The translations under genes and the position numbers were made by a program. Below the pieces are notes generated by a model. That model was not told the DNA's origin, searched no databases, and saw nothing but the letters and a program-made list of their open reading frames with translations. This document shows, piece after piece, positions 18,749 through 28,640 of a stretch of DNA of 64,000 bases (within the stretch, counting starts at the first letter, position 1; each line of letters begins with the position of its first letter). Source of the DNA: an uncultured Holophaga sp. (GTDB lineage: Bacteria; Acidobacteriota; Holophagae; Holophagales; Holophagaceae); assembly GCA_963664825.1 (NCBI GenBank), contig OY761614.1, forward strand, positions 1,248,001-1,312,000. Reading direction: 5' to 3'.

Positions 18749-19642
18749 TCAATCGGTGGCTTCGGGTTCAGTATGGGCCGAAGGGCGCCATGTGCTCAAA
18801 AGCTTCCGAGTAGCCTCTGGAAGCATATAGGATTCCGCAGGTTCCGGGAACCCACCTTCACGGATGTCGCTGGCCCACTTAGACATGGCCTCCACCATCA
18901 AGCCGTACCCATCGAGGTACTTCCGAACAAATTTAGGCCCGGTCCCGGGCAGGATGCCCAGCAGGTCATGGAAGACCAGCACCTGCCCCGAGCAGCCGGC
19001 TCCCGCCCCGATGCCGATGGTGGGGATCTCCAGGATCTCGGTGACCTTGGCGGCCAGTTCGGCTGGAATGCCCTCCAGGAGGAGGCCGAAGCAGCCTGCA
19101 TCCTGGAGCCGCAGGGCATCCTCCAGGAGTTCGAGGGCATGCTGGCCATCCTTGGCCTGCACCCTGTAGCCGCCCATGGCGTTGAGGGATTGGGGCGTGA
19201 GCCCCAGGTGGCCCATCACGGGGATTTCCGCATCCACCAGCGCACGGACCACGGGGACCCGCTTAACGCCGCCCTCCAGCTTCACGCCCTGGGCCCCCAC
19301 TCGGATGAAGGCTCCCGCATTGCGGATCGCGTCTTCTTTTCCCAGGTGGTAGCTAAGATAGGGCATGTCCCCCAGGAGCAGGGCCCTGGGTTGGGTCCGG
19401 GCCACGGCCTCCAGATGGTGCTGCATCATCGCCATGGTGACCGGAAGGGTGCTTTCAAAGCCCAGGCACACGTTCCCGAGGCTATCGCCCACCAGGATCG
19501 AATCGACCCCTGCGGCGTCGGCGATGCGGGCCGTGGGCGCGTCGTAGGCCGTGGTCATCACGATCTTCCGCCCCTGGGCCTTTAACTTCGCCAGTTCCGG
19601 AATCGTCACCTGGGATCTGGACTCGGACGCGTGGCTCATCAT
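18749..19642 (-). CDS. panB: 3-methyl-2-oxobutanoate hydroxymethyltransferase
   Basis: TAYD, LVGDSLG, VKLEGG, GHLGLTPQ; ATGA overlap with the upstream gene. Confidence 0.95.
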   Translation of the reverse strand: MMSHASESRSQVTIPELAKLKAQGRKIVMTTAYDAPTARIADAAGVDSILVGDSLGNVCLGFESTLPVTMAMMQHHLEAVARTQPRALLLGDMPYLSYHLGKEDAIRNAGAFIRVGAQGVKLEGGVKRVPVVRALVDAEIPVMGHLGLTPQSLNAMGGYRVQAKDGQHALELLEDALRLQDAGCFGLLLEGIPAELAAKVTEILEIPTIGIGAGAGCSGQVLVFHDLLGILPGTGPKFVRKYLDGYGLMVEAMSKWASDIREGGFPEPAESYMLPEATRKLLSTWRPSAHTEPEATD

Positions 19643-22600
19643 TTCCCCCGAACAGCCTTCACCACCGGCAGATTCACCAGGGTGGGAGTCCAGTCTGCCA
19701 GAGGGTCCACCCGCTCGGGGAGGATGAAGCGCAGACCGGCATCTTCCACCGCCTGCCTGAACCGGTGCATATCGGGCCGCCCCAGGAAGGCCATGGAATG
19801 CTCCTCGGGAACCCGGGACCAGAGTTCCTGGAAGGTGCCGTAGGCGTCCTGGAGCCGGGAGCGCGCCCCCAGTTTTTCGTGGCGCTTGAGGAGCAGGGCC
19901 GCGCTCTGGGAACTGGCCTCCAGGGCCACCGCCGGGAAGCGGAGTTCCCGGGCCGCGGCCTGGACCTCGCTCCAGGCCGCAAGGGCCTCCGAGGCCACCG
20001 ATTCGGTGGGTTCCAGGGCCATCATCAGGAGGAGGGCATGGGCCCTGTGCCACTCCATCTCCAGCCACCGGGATCCGGCACCTTCCACAGGGGCCTTCAG
20101 TTCCTCGAGGCGGGCCCAGGCCCCTTCGAGGCGCCCTCCATCCCCCTTCTCCATAGAAAAAGAGGCCTCGGCCTGAACGTGGCGGAGCCGCGCGAAGCGT
20201 TCCCGCCAGACCAGCCCGGCCCCCTCGAAGATCTCCCCAGCGGAACGGAAGAGCCGTATGGCGTCCTCCAAGGCCCCTCGGAAGACCGAGATCTCGCCCT
20301 GGAGGAAGGCGAAGTCCCCACGTTCCGCAGCGGTGAGCCCCTCGGGAGGCATGCTCAGGGCATTCAGGAGCTCCATTTCCGCATCCAGGGCTTCCCCCAG
20401 GGCGGCCAGGGTGCGCGCCTTCCAAACCCGCACCCGGGCTGAACCTACGGAATCGCCGATGGCGTTGAAGCGCTGGAGGGCGCTATCCAGGTGTTGCAGG
20501 GAGGGCGCCAGGTTCTGTTCCAGGCTCCGGAAGCTGCCCAGCAGGAGATGGCACTCCCCCTGCTTCTCTTGATCGTCCAGGAGGCGGGCCATCCGAAGGG
20601 CTTCCCGCAGATGTTCGTAGGCCACATCCGGCTGGCCGAGGGCGAGACGCACCTGGGCCAACACACCGAGCACCTCCACCTGTCTTCCCGGATCCTGACC
20701 GTGCCCCAGGAGACGCTGGGCCGACTGGAGCGAGCCCAAGGCCCTCTGGAATTGGCAGCGCTGCCCTTGGGCGCGCCCCAATTCCAGCAGGAGTGCCACC
20801 CGATCCTGCTGATCTCCCAAGGGGCCTTCGGGCCCCAGGATCTGCAGCCCCTCCTCCAGGGCCTTGACCCCCTTGGAATGGAAGCCCTCCAGCAGATGGA
20901 CCCGGCCCAAGGCCAATCGCAACCGGGCCTGCTCCGGGTGGCCGGGCCATTCCGCGAGCACTTCGGCGGCCGCCTGGATGGCCCCAAGAGCCATGGGGAG
21001 ATTGCGCAGACGGATCTGCAGGAGGGCCCGCTTCCGCATCACCCGCGCCAACTGAGTCCGGAAGGGTTCCTCCCGCTCCAGGCATTCCCCCAGAGCCACT
21101 TCGGCCAGACCCAAGGATTCCAGGGCGAATTCGTACGGAGAGCGCTGGGCCAGCACCTCGGCGGGCACCCGTCCCTCCAGGGTTCCCAGGGTCCAGGCAT
21201 CGGCCAGGAACTCCCAGAGCCGGGCCCGCTGGGCCGGATTCGGATGAAACGCCAGCGTCTGTTGCACCACGAGTTCCGCCTCCAGGGGCGGAGGGGGATC
21301 CTGTTCGATGGCTTGCAGGACGTGAGCCAGGGCGGTCTTCTCGTCGGAGGCCAGGAACTGGAGATGCACCGCCAGCACGGGGCGGCCCGCTTCCTCCTGG
21401 AGGGCCCGGAGAAGGGCCTTGGCCATGCGCCGGGTCTCGGCCTGGGAACTGCCATTCAGGGCCAGGGAGGCTAGGCGGGGGTCCGCCAGGGAGGCCCGTC
21501 CCTCCTTGAGATGGACCAACCGGGCACTGGTGACGGTCCGCAGGGCCTCATCCAGAGGATCGCCCGCGATCCCGAGGGCCATGCCCAAGGTCCTCTGTTC
21601 CAGGGGGCGGTCCACCAAGGCCAGGGCCCGGGTGACGGCCAGCCCCACCGGACCGATGCGCTGGAGGCGGCCCGCCAGGATCTGGACCACCAGGTCTTCG
21701 TGGACCCGAATGGTGCCGGGGTTGCCCTTGGCCAGACGCCAGCCCTGGGGCCCCCAGACCAGGGTTCCATCCAATTGGGCCTTTTCCAGGATCCCCCGCA
21801 GGAGCCCGGGATTGCCGAGGCTGGCCTGGAGGAGATCCCGGGTAAAGGCCTCGGGGAACCCGTGGGGGCCCAGGAGATCCGAGATCACCTCCAGGAGCCC
21901 CGCATCCTCCAGACGATGGAGCGTCATGAAGGAGACCGCCGATTCGCCCTTCAGGGGGCCCAGGAAGCCCCGGAGGGTACCCGGCTGTCCGGTGAGGGTG
22001 AAGAACCAGGGGAGGGAAGAACCCAGGGCCAGTGCGGAGAGAATCCGCTGTAGATCCCCGTCCCCTCGATCCACATCCCTCACGAAGAGCATGCGCGGAT
22101 GCAGCTCGGCGGCGAAGATCAGGACCTGGAGAGCGGCCTCGATCTCCTCGGCATCCACCGGGGTCTCTTCGCAGGAGGCCTTCCGCCCTCCCCGCAGGAA
22201 GGCGAAGGTGGACAGGCGCCGGGCCAGGATCCGGGAGGCCTCCGCGTGGTCGGCATAGAAATCGGCCTCCAGGCCCCGCAGGAGATCCAGGAGCATGCGG
22301 GCGAGAAAACAGCCCGCCTTCTCCTGGTGTTGCACCTCAAAGGCCGCCACCCAGAGGCCCTCGGTCTCCACGGCTGCGGCGGCCCAATGGGCCAGGGAAT
22401 CCTGGCCGAGACCCTCCTCGCCCTGGAGCACTAGGATGCGTTCCCTGGGGCCCGGGGCGCCCAGGCCGAAGACCAGGGACTTGAGATAGGTGAGTTCCTG
22501 GGAGCGACCCCGGATGGGGCGGGCCACATCATCGGAGATCCCGGGGGCCTCCTCCCAGGGACGCTCCCCCTCCTGGAGGCCCGATCCCCCCAATGCGTCC

Positions 22601-23076
22601 AGGGCCGTCTTCAGGTCCTCCAGACCAAAGGGGGCTTCCCCCAGCACCCGAGGAATCAGGGTGCGACCGGGCAGGAACCTCAGGGCGGCAGGGGAGAGGA
22701 AACGAGGGTGGCTGCTGCCCCGGAGGAGACCCTTCACGTGATCCAGGAAGGCCGCTCGATACGAGAGACCCGATTCTGGCCAACACTCCCCCAATTCCCG
22801 CCCCGGCAGTGCCTGGAGGAACCAGGCGCGGTCGGCGTCGAAACCGAAGCTGCAGGAAACCGGATCCAGGGGCTCCGCATCGAGGAATCGCTGAAGATAT
22901 ATTTCCCGGAGCTTGTCGAGTTCCCGATCGCTGGGCCTGGGGGTCCAGAGCTGGAGGAGCAGGGAGTCCCCACCCTCCTCGGCCCGCACCAGTTGCCAGG
23001 AGCATCCCCGCCCCGTGCCCCCCAGATCCGATACGAGACAGTAGGCGCGACCGCCCAGTAGCAGGTTCCGACTCAC
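19639..23076 (-). CDS. Large protein: degenerate Ser/Thr kinase-like domain, degenerate STAND/AAA ATPase and TPR repeats
   Basis: IRGRSQEL, GEEGLGQD (altered Walker A), GNPGLL, long TPR-like helical repeats. Confidence 0.75.
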   Translation of the reverse strand: MSRNLLLGGRAYCLVSDLGGTGRGCSWQLVRAEEGGDSLLLQLWTPRPSDRELDKLREIYLQRFLDAEPLDPVSCSFGFDADRAWFLQALPGRELGECWPESGLSYRAAFLDHVKGLLRGSSHPRFLSPAALRFLPGRTLIPRVLGEAPFGLEDLKTALDALGGSGLQEGERPWEEAPGISDDVARPIRGRSQELTYLKSLVFGLGAPGPRERILVLQGEEGLGQDSLAHWAAAAVETEGLWVAAFEVQHQEKAGCFLARMLLDLLRGLEADFYADHAEASRILARRLSTFAFLRGGRKASCEETPVDAEEIEAALQVLIFAAELHPRMLFVRDVDRGDGDLQRILSALALGSSLPWFFTLTGQPGTLRGFLGPLKGESAVSFMTLHRLEDAGLLEVISDLLGPHGFPEAFTRDLLQASLGNPGLLRGILEKAQLDGTLVWGPQGWRLAKGNPGTIRVHEDLVVQILAGRLQRIGPVGLAVTRALALVDRPLEQRTLGMALGIAGDPLDEALRTVTSARLVHLKEGRASLADPRLASLALNGSSQAETRRMAKALLRALQEEAGRPVLAVHLQFLASDEKTALAHVLQAIEQDPPPPLEAELVVQQTLAFHPNPAQRARLWEFLADAWTLGTLEGRVPAEVLAQRSPYEFALESLGLAEVALGECLEREEPFRTQLARVMRKRALLQIRLRNLPMALGAIQAAAEVLAEWPGHPEQARLRLALGRVHLLEGFHSKGVKALEEGLQILGPEGPLGDQQDRVALLLELGRAQGQRCQFQRALGSLQSAQRLLGHGQDPGRQVEVLGVLAQVRLALGQPDVAYEHLREALRMARLLDDQEKQGECHLLLGSFRSLEQNLAPSLQHLDSALQRFNAIGDSVGSARVRVWKARTLAALGEALDAEMELLNALSMPPEGLTAAERGDFAFLQGEISVFRGALEDAIRLFRSAGEIFEGAGLVWRERFARLRHVQAEASFSMEKGDGGRLEGAWARLEELKAPVEGAGSRWLEMEWHRAHALLLMMALEPTESVASEALAAWSEVQAAARELRFPAVALEASSQSAALLLKRHEKLGARSRLQDAYGTFQELWSRVPEEHSMAFLGRPDMHRFRQAVEDAGLRFILPERVDPLADWTPTLVNLPVVKAVRGK

Positions 23077-23288
23077 AGGCCGACCCCTGAAGCCGGTTTG
23101 ACTTCGAACCTGAATTCCGCTGGAAACATGGGGGGAAGTCTACCAGAGGCCCTCCGCAATCCGATTCTTCCCTTCCTCTACCCGTTCACCGGAAACGGCG
23201 TTCCACTGACCGGAGGCCAGGTGTGTGCCGCCCTAGGCAGGTCATCATGGTGGAAGGCATTTCCCCATCTCAACCCATCCGGTGATCC

Positions 23289-24575
23289 ATGCGCCCAGCC
23301 TCCTTCCTCCTGCCCGGTTTGCTCCTCCCCGCCCTGGTGGCCTCCGCTCCGGAATCCCTCACGCCCCTCCAGCGCAAACAGTTCTCGGAATCCTTCGAAC
23401 GCGTGTGGACTACGGTCCTCGAGCGGCATTGGGACCCCAAACTGGGTGGGCTGGATTGGCAGGGGGTCCATGACGAGCTGAAGCCTCGACTCGACAGGGC
23501 CGAGACCGCTGACAAAGCCCGGGCCATCATCTCCGAGATGCTCTCCCGGCTGGGGCAGAGCCACTTCGGGATCCTGCCCGCAGAGGTCTACTCCGAGCTG
23601 CACGCGGGTCAGAAGGGCGGATGCGCGCCGGGCCTCGATGTGAGGGTGATCGGGGGCAAGGCCCTTGTCACAGGGGTTCAACCCGAAACCTCAGCGGCCC
23701 GGGCGGGCGTGAAGCCCGGCTGGGAAGTGGTCCGGGTGGACGGGAAACCCTGCGAGCCCACCCTTCAGAGGATCGCGGAGCGCTTCAAGGCCTCCACGGA
23801 GCTCGATCTCATGTCCAGTCGCGCCGTGCTCGCCCTCCTGGATGGGGGCGTTGGCACGGAGGCGGAGGTCGCCTTCAACCGGGGCGGCGCCGATATCTTG
23901 ACCCTGAAGTTGCGCCGGGAGCCGCCCAGGGGAAGGGCCATCACCTTCGGCAACCTGCCCTCCATGCCCTTCTGGGTGGTGGCACGGCCCCTCCCTGGAG
24001 GTGTCCGCTACCTCAGCTTCAACGCCTGGTTCGAGCCCGAGACCCTCCAGAGCGCCTTCCAGGCCTCCATGGCAGACCAGGCACACTGCCAGGGCTTCGT
24101 CCTGGATCTGCGGGGCAACCCCGGCGGCCTGGGCGGCATGGCCATGGGTGCCGCCGGATGGTTCGCCACCACCCCCAGCCAGAAGCTGGGCACCATGATC
24201 CTGAGGGGCTCCAGCCTGAATTTCGTCGTCTTCCCCAGGCCCCACAGTTTCAAGGGGCCCCTGGCGATCCTGGTGGACGGGTGCTCGGCCTCCACTTCCG
24301 AAATCTTTGCCGGTGGCATGCAGGACGCGAAGCGGGCCCGCATCTTCGGCACGCGCACGGCGGGCGCCGCCCTTCCCTCTATGTTCGAGCGCCTGCCCAA
24401 CGGGGACGGCTTCCAATACGCCATCGCCAATTACATCTCCGACGGTGGTCAGGCCCTGGAGGGGCGAGGGGTCATCCCGGATCAGGAGGTGCGCCCTTCC
24501 CAGGCTGAACTCCTGGCGGGCAAGGATCCGGTTCTGGACCAGGCCCTCGCCTGGATCCAGCGCGGGTCCCGCTGA
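23289..24575 (+). CDS. S41 family C-terminal processing peptidase with PDZ domain
   Basis: Signal peptide, LDLRGNPGG, SASTSEIF, RTAG, LEGRGVIPD. Confidence 0.9.
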   Translation: MRPASFLLPGLLLPALVASAPESLTPLQRKQFSESFERVWTTVLERHWDPKLGGLDWQGVHDELKPRLDRAETADKARAIISEMLSRLGQSHFGILPAEVYSELHAGQKGGCAPGLDVRVIGGKALVTGVQPETSAARAGVKPGWEVVRVDGKPCEPTLQRIAERFKASTELDLMSSRAVLALLDGGVGTEAEVAFNRGGADILTLKLRREPPRGRAITFGNLPSMPFWVVARPLPGGVRYLSFNAWFEPETLQSAFQASMADQAHCQGFVLDLRGNPGGLGGMAMGAAGWFATTPSQKLGTMILRGSSLNFVVFPRPHSFKGPLAILVDGCSASTSEIFAGGMQDAKRARIFGTRTAGAALPSMFERLPNGDGFQYAIANYISDGGQALEGRGVIPDQEVRPSQAELLAGKDPVLDQALAWIQRGSR

Positions 24576-24654
24576 ACCCTCACCACAAAACACCCCTGTA
24601 GGTCCACAGTCAGCAAGTATGCTGAATTTTCGTCGCGATTTCCAAGGAGAGAAG

Positions 24655-25401
24655 ATGTTCCAGTTCCGGTCCCCCTTCGCACTCAGCGCCATCCTCATGA
24701 TGGGCCCCGTTCTGGCCGCCCAGCAGCTCCCCAAGGCCGAGATCATCCTGGACAAATTCGTCCAGGTCACGGGAGGCCGCGCGGCCTACGCCCAGCAGCA
24801 CTCGGCCATCATCAAGGGGACCATGGAGATCGGGGGCATGGGCCTGAAGGGCACCCTGATCAACTACCGGGCCGAACCCAACCTGAGCTATTCCGAGATC
24901 GATCTGGCGGGCCTTGGCAAGATGCAGGAAGGCTTCGACGGCAAGGTGGCCTGGGCCTTCAACGCAATGCAGGGCCCCCAGGTCAAGACCGGCGACGAGA
25001 AGGCCGCCGCGGCCCGGGAAGCGCGCTTCCATGGCGAAAACTGGAAGGAGGACTTCCAGCAGGTGCAGACCCTCGGCGTCGAGGCCGTGGAGGGCAAGCC
25101 CTGCTACAAGGTCCAGATGACCCCCCATACGGGTTCCCCCAGCATCAACTTCTACGATCAGCAGAGCGGACTCCTACTCAAGAGCGTGGTCACCCTCAAG
25201 ACCGCCATGGGCGAGATCACGGCCGAATCCCTCCCCAGCGATTACCGCAAGGCCGGCAGCGTGCTCATCCCCTTCAAGGTGATTCAGAAGGTGGCCGGCC
25301 AGGTGATCACCATGACCTTCACCAGCATGGAAAACAATGTCCCCATCCCCAAGGGCACCTTCGAACTCCCCGCGGAGATCAAGGCACTCCTGGGGAAATA
25401 G
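24655..25401 (+). CDS. Exported LolA-like / outer membrane lipoprotein-sorting fold protein
   Basis: Signal peptide, EGFDGKVAW, FYDQQSGLL, SDYRK..IPF; AGGAG RBS. Confidence 0.65.
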   Translation: MFQFRSPFALSAILMMGPVLAAQQLPKAEIILDKFVQVTGGRAAYAQQHSAIIKGTMEIGGMGLKGTLINYRAEPNLSYSEIDLAGLGKMQEGFDGKVAWAFNAMQGPQVKTGDEKAAAAREARFHGENWKEDFQQVQTLGVEAVEGKPCYKVQMTPHTGSPSINFYDQQSGLLLKSVVTLKTAMGEITAESLPSDYRKAGSVLIPFKVIQKVAGQVITMTFTSMENNVPIPKGTFELPAEIKALLGK

Positions 25402-25525
25402 CCCTAGGGAGCCGATCGATGAATGACATCTGTCCATTCCGCACCCGAACCCTGACCATCTTCATGCACTGGAAACGCAGACCCGCGCCCGACGCCTGAG
25501 AATGCCGTCGGGCCAAGCCCGAATA

Positions 25526-25571
25526 GTGAACACGAGACGCGGAACCATCAGGTTCCGCGTCTCGTGTTCAC
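25526..25571. terminator. Perfect 21-bp stem hairpin between convergent genes
   Basis: GTGAACACGAGACGCGGAACC-ATCA-GGTTCCGCGTCTCGTGTTCAC. Confidence 0.65.
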
Positions 25572-26176
25572 GGCATGCCCAGCCAGCTCTGCAGGAGACC
25601 CAGCCTGGCCACCAGCTCGGAGAAGCGCTCCACGGGGAAACCCATCACCGTCGAGAAGCTGCCCTCGATGCGCTCGATGAAAAGCGCCGCGATGCCCTGG
25701 GCGGCGTAGGCTCCGGCCTTGTCCATGGGTTCGCCCGTGCCCGCGTACCAGCGCATGCGCGCCTCGCTCACCCGGCGGAGAAAGACTTCGGAGGTGTCCA
25801 CGAGACTATGGATCTCGTCATCCTTTCGCAGGCAGAGGCCCGTATGCACCTCGTGGCGCCTCCCCTGGAGGAGTCCCAGCATCCGGGCGGCATCGGCCTC
25901 GTCGACGGGTTTACCCAGTACATGGTGATCCACGGCCACCGTGGTATCGGCCGCGATGACCCAGCGCCCGGGATTGACCCCGGAGACGACCTCGGCCTTG
26001 GCGCGAGCCAAGCGCTCCACCATGAGCGCGGGATCCTCGTCGGGCAGGGGCGATTCGTCCACCTCCGGGGCACAGATCTCGAAGGGAATCTGGAGGGCCT
26101 CCAGCCATTGGCGCCGCCGAGGAGAGGCCGAGGCCAGGATGGGGGGAAGGAGCATGAGCGTGTGGTCTTCGATCAT
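25568..26176 (-). CDS. maf: Maf family nucleoside triphosphate pyrophosphatase
   Basis: ILASASPRR, IAADT, GKP, DKAGAY. Confidence 0.93.
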   Translation of the reverse strand: MIEDHTLMLLPPILASASPRRRQWLEALQIPFEICAPEVDESPLPDEDPALMVERLARAKAEVVSGVNPGRWVIAADTTVAVDHHVLGKPVDEADAARMLGLLQGRRHEVHTGLCLRKDDEIHSLVDTSEVFLRRVSEARMRWYAGTGEPMDKAGAYAAQGIAALFIERIEGSFSTVMGFPVERFSELVARLGLLQSWLGMP

Positions 26177-27672
26177 CGGGGGGCAACCTTCCTTCTCGCG
26201 CACGTCAGGGTCGCAATGCCAAGGCCCACCAGCAGAACCCAGATGGCCAGGGGGCTCCGGGCCGGTGTCCAGCGGGGACGCCAGACGAGGGAGAAAGCAT
26301 AGACCCCCTCGCTGCGAGGTCCGCCCCAGAGGACCCAGGAACCGTCCTCCCGGAAGACCCCTGATTTGCCTGTGAGGGTGGCCCGCAACAGGGGCACACC
26401 GGCCTCCACCGCCCGCAGACGGATCTGGGCGGCGTGCAGATCGGTGGCGATGCTCTTCTCGAACCAGCCATCGTTGGTGTGATTGCTGAGCAGATCGGCC
26501 CCAGCGATTTCCACGCCCCTGGCCGCCCGCAGGGGAATGAGCGCCTCGCTGCAGATGAGCGGGTGGACCCGCAATTCCCCCGTGGGCGTCGGCATAGAAA
26601 AACTGCTACGAGCGCTCAGGACACCGGGTTCCTGGGACATGCGGTCCAGGAGGTGGTCCAGGGCGTGGCGAAGAGGCGCGGGCCCCGGCATGCGCTCGCC
26701 GAAGGGCATGGGCTCCACCTTGGCCTGGAGGAAGGACTGCCGCCCGGCCACCTCGCCCCGCAGCAGGTTATAGGCCCCCCCCTCGGTCCCGAAGAGCCAC
26801 GCCACACTCCGGCGCTGGGCCTCGTCCTGCATGCGCAGGCTGGGACGCAGATCATCCCGGCCCAGCACCGAACTCTCCGGCCAGAGGACCAGGGTGGCCA
26901 CTCCCAGATGGGGCAGGTGCTCCCTGGCAAGGGCTGCGTCCGTGCGGGCCCACATCTCGGCCTCCATGCCCGGGACCCGGAGGCCGGGTTCGAAATTGGG
27001 CTGCACCATCACCACATCCAGGCCTCGTTCCGCACTCCTGGGCAGCAGGAACCAGGCCGCCGATAGCAGGACCGGCAGGGCCAGCCAAGTCAGGGGCACG
27101 CGCAGGGCCTTCTTGGTGGAACCTTGGGAAAGCCACGCGGCGAAGAGCGCGCCACATCCCCAGCACCAGGCTGAAAGTCCATGGGCGCCCAGGAAGGCGG
27201 CGCTCCGGGCCATCCAGGGCAGGCCTCCCAGGGCCGCGCCCCAATTCCAGGGATAGACATGGAAGATCAGGATCTCCCAGAACGCCACGCCGAAGGCGGC
27301 CGCCAGTGCGCCCGCCCAGGGACCCGAGCGGCGGAAGGCGTAGCGGGCCAGCAGCAGGACGCCCAGATAGCCCAGGGCCTCCCAGGCCATGAGCAGGAGG
27401 GAGGCCCCGAGCGCCATCGGATAGGGCATTGGACCCTGGATCTCCAGGGTGCCGGGCACCCAGTGGAAGAGCATGGCGAACCCGGCCAGCAGGGCCCCAT
27501 AGAGCCATCCCGGGTGGCGGCCCTTGAACAGGGCGTCGAAGATCAGGGCCGGGAAGAGGAAGGCCAGGGCGGCCTCTGCGAAGCCCCAACCCGAGGCCGC
27601 CGGGAAACGGAACGTGAGGGCGAAGAGGGCCCCCAGGATCAAGGCCTCCAAACTGCGGCGCAGGATGGTCAT
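26173..27672 (-). CDS. lnt: Apolipoprotein N-acyltransferase
   Basis: Multiple TM helices plus nitrilase triad LWPES, K..MPFGE, LICSE; TNDGWF. Confidence 0.9.
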   Translation of the reverse strand: MTILRRSLEALILGALFALTFRFPAASGWGFAEAALAFLFPALIFDALFKGRHPGWLYGALLAGFAMLFHWVPGTLEIQGPMPYPMALGASLLLMAWEALGYLGVLLLARYAFRRSGPWAGALAAAFGVAFWEILIFHVYPWNWGAALGGLPWMARSAAFLGAHGLSAWCWGCGALFAAWLSQGSTKKALRVPLTWLALPVLLSAAWFLLPRSAERGLDVVMVQPNFEPGLRVPGMEAEMWARTDAALAREHLPHLGVATLVLWPESSVLGRDDLRPSLRMQDEAQRRSVAWLFGTEGGAYNLLRGEVAGRQSFLQAKVEPMPFGERMPGPAPLRHALDHLLDRMSQEPGVLSARSSFSMPTPTGELRVHPLICSEALIPLRAARGVEIAGADLLSNHTNDGWFEKSIATDLHAAQIRLRAVEAGVPLLRATLTGKSGVFREDGSWVLWGGPRSEGVYAFSLVWRPRWTPARSPLAIWVLLVGLGIATLTCARRKVAPR

Positions 27673-28436
27673 GGGCGGGGGCTCCGGGAGGCTTCATAGC
27701 AGGCGATACCCGCAGCCACGGCGGCGTTCAGGCTCTCCATGCCCTGGATGGGGATGGCCAGGAATTTCACCGTCGGCGGCAGTTCGGTCTCCCGCCATCC
27801 ATGGCCCTCGTTGCCCACGAGGATCCGCAGGGGCACACGGAGATCGGCCTCATTCAGGAGCCCGGCCCCGGGAGCTCCGTGCAGGGCATACCAGCGCCCC
27901 TCGTCCAGGGGCAATGGATCGCAGCGGCGCAGAGGCAGCAGGAAGGCCGCGCCCATGGAACCCCGCAGGGCCTTGGGGCTGAAGGGATCGGCGCACCCTG
28001 GACCCAGCAGGGCCTCCTGGAAGCCGAAGGCCGCCGCGCTGCGGAGCACCGCTCCCAGGTTGCCCGGATCCTGGATGGCCCAGGGCACGATGACCCGATC
28101 CCCCAGGGGACCCGTGGGTTCGGGCCCCAGTTCCATCAGGAGAGCGTAGGCGGGCGGACTGCCGGCCTCGCTCAAATCCCGCATTAGGCCTTCCCCCAGC
28201 AGGAGGACTTCGGTGCCCAGCTCCTCCTCCAGGGGATGGGGCTCGGCTCCCTCCAGGCGCATCCAGAGGACCGGGCGCAGACGCGCTCCCGCGGGGCTCT
28301 TGCGAGCGTCGTGCCAGGCCTCGATGAGCTTTTCCCCCAATAGCAGCGTATGGGTTCGCTTGGTCCCTCCCGGGGAGACCTGGGCGCGAAGGGCCTTGAA
28401 ACGTGGGTTGGCACGGCTGGTGAGGAGCTGGGGCAT
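27669..28436 (-). CDS. TrmH/SpoU family RNA methyltransferase
   Basis: QDPGNLGAVLRSA, VGNEGHG, ESLNAAVA. Confidence 0.9.
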   Translation of the reverse strand: MPQLLTSRANPRFKALRAQVSPGGTKRTHTLLLGEKLIEAWHDARKSPAGARLRPVLWMRLEGAEPHPLEEELGTEVLLLGEGLMRDLSEAGSPPAYALLMELGPEPTGPLGDRVIVPWAIQDPGNLGAVLRSAAAFGFQEALLGPGCADPFSPKALRGSMGAAFLLPLRRCDPLPLDEGRWYALHGAPGAGLLNEADLRVPLRILVGNEGHGWRETELPPTVKFLAIPIQGMESLNAAVAAGIACYEASRSPRP

Positions 28437-28640
28437 ATCCATGGATCCAGGGTAGAGCGTAGTCACGAGAGAATCTTTCCCTTTTAGGGTCTGGCCGGGG
28501 GATAGGGCACCGATCATGTCTCCAGGTGGCGAAAGGGGTTTGAAAGTCAAAGCTCTGGGGAGACAATGAAAGTCTGCTTTTGAAACAGCCCGGCCCGAGT
28601 CGGACATCTATTGTGCCATCCACTCTTTAGGGGGATCTGC

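Noticed and set aside
19643..20425. Long N-terminal extension of PanB
   Set aside because: Alternative frame of the upstream gene; the real start is at the ATGA overlap
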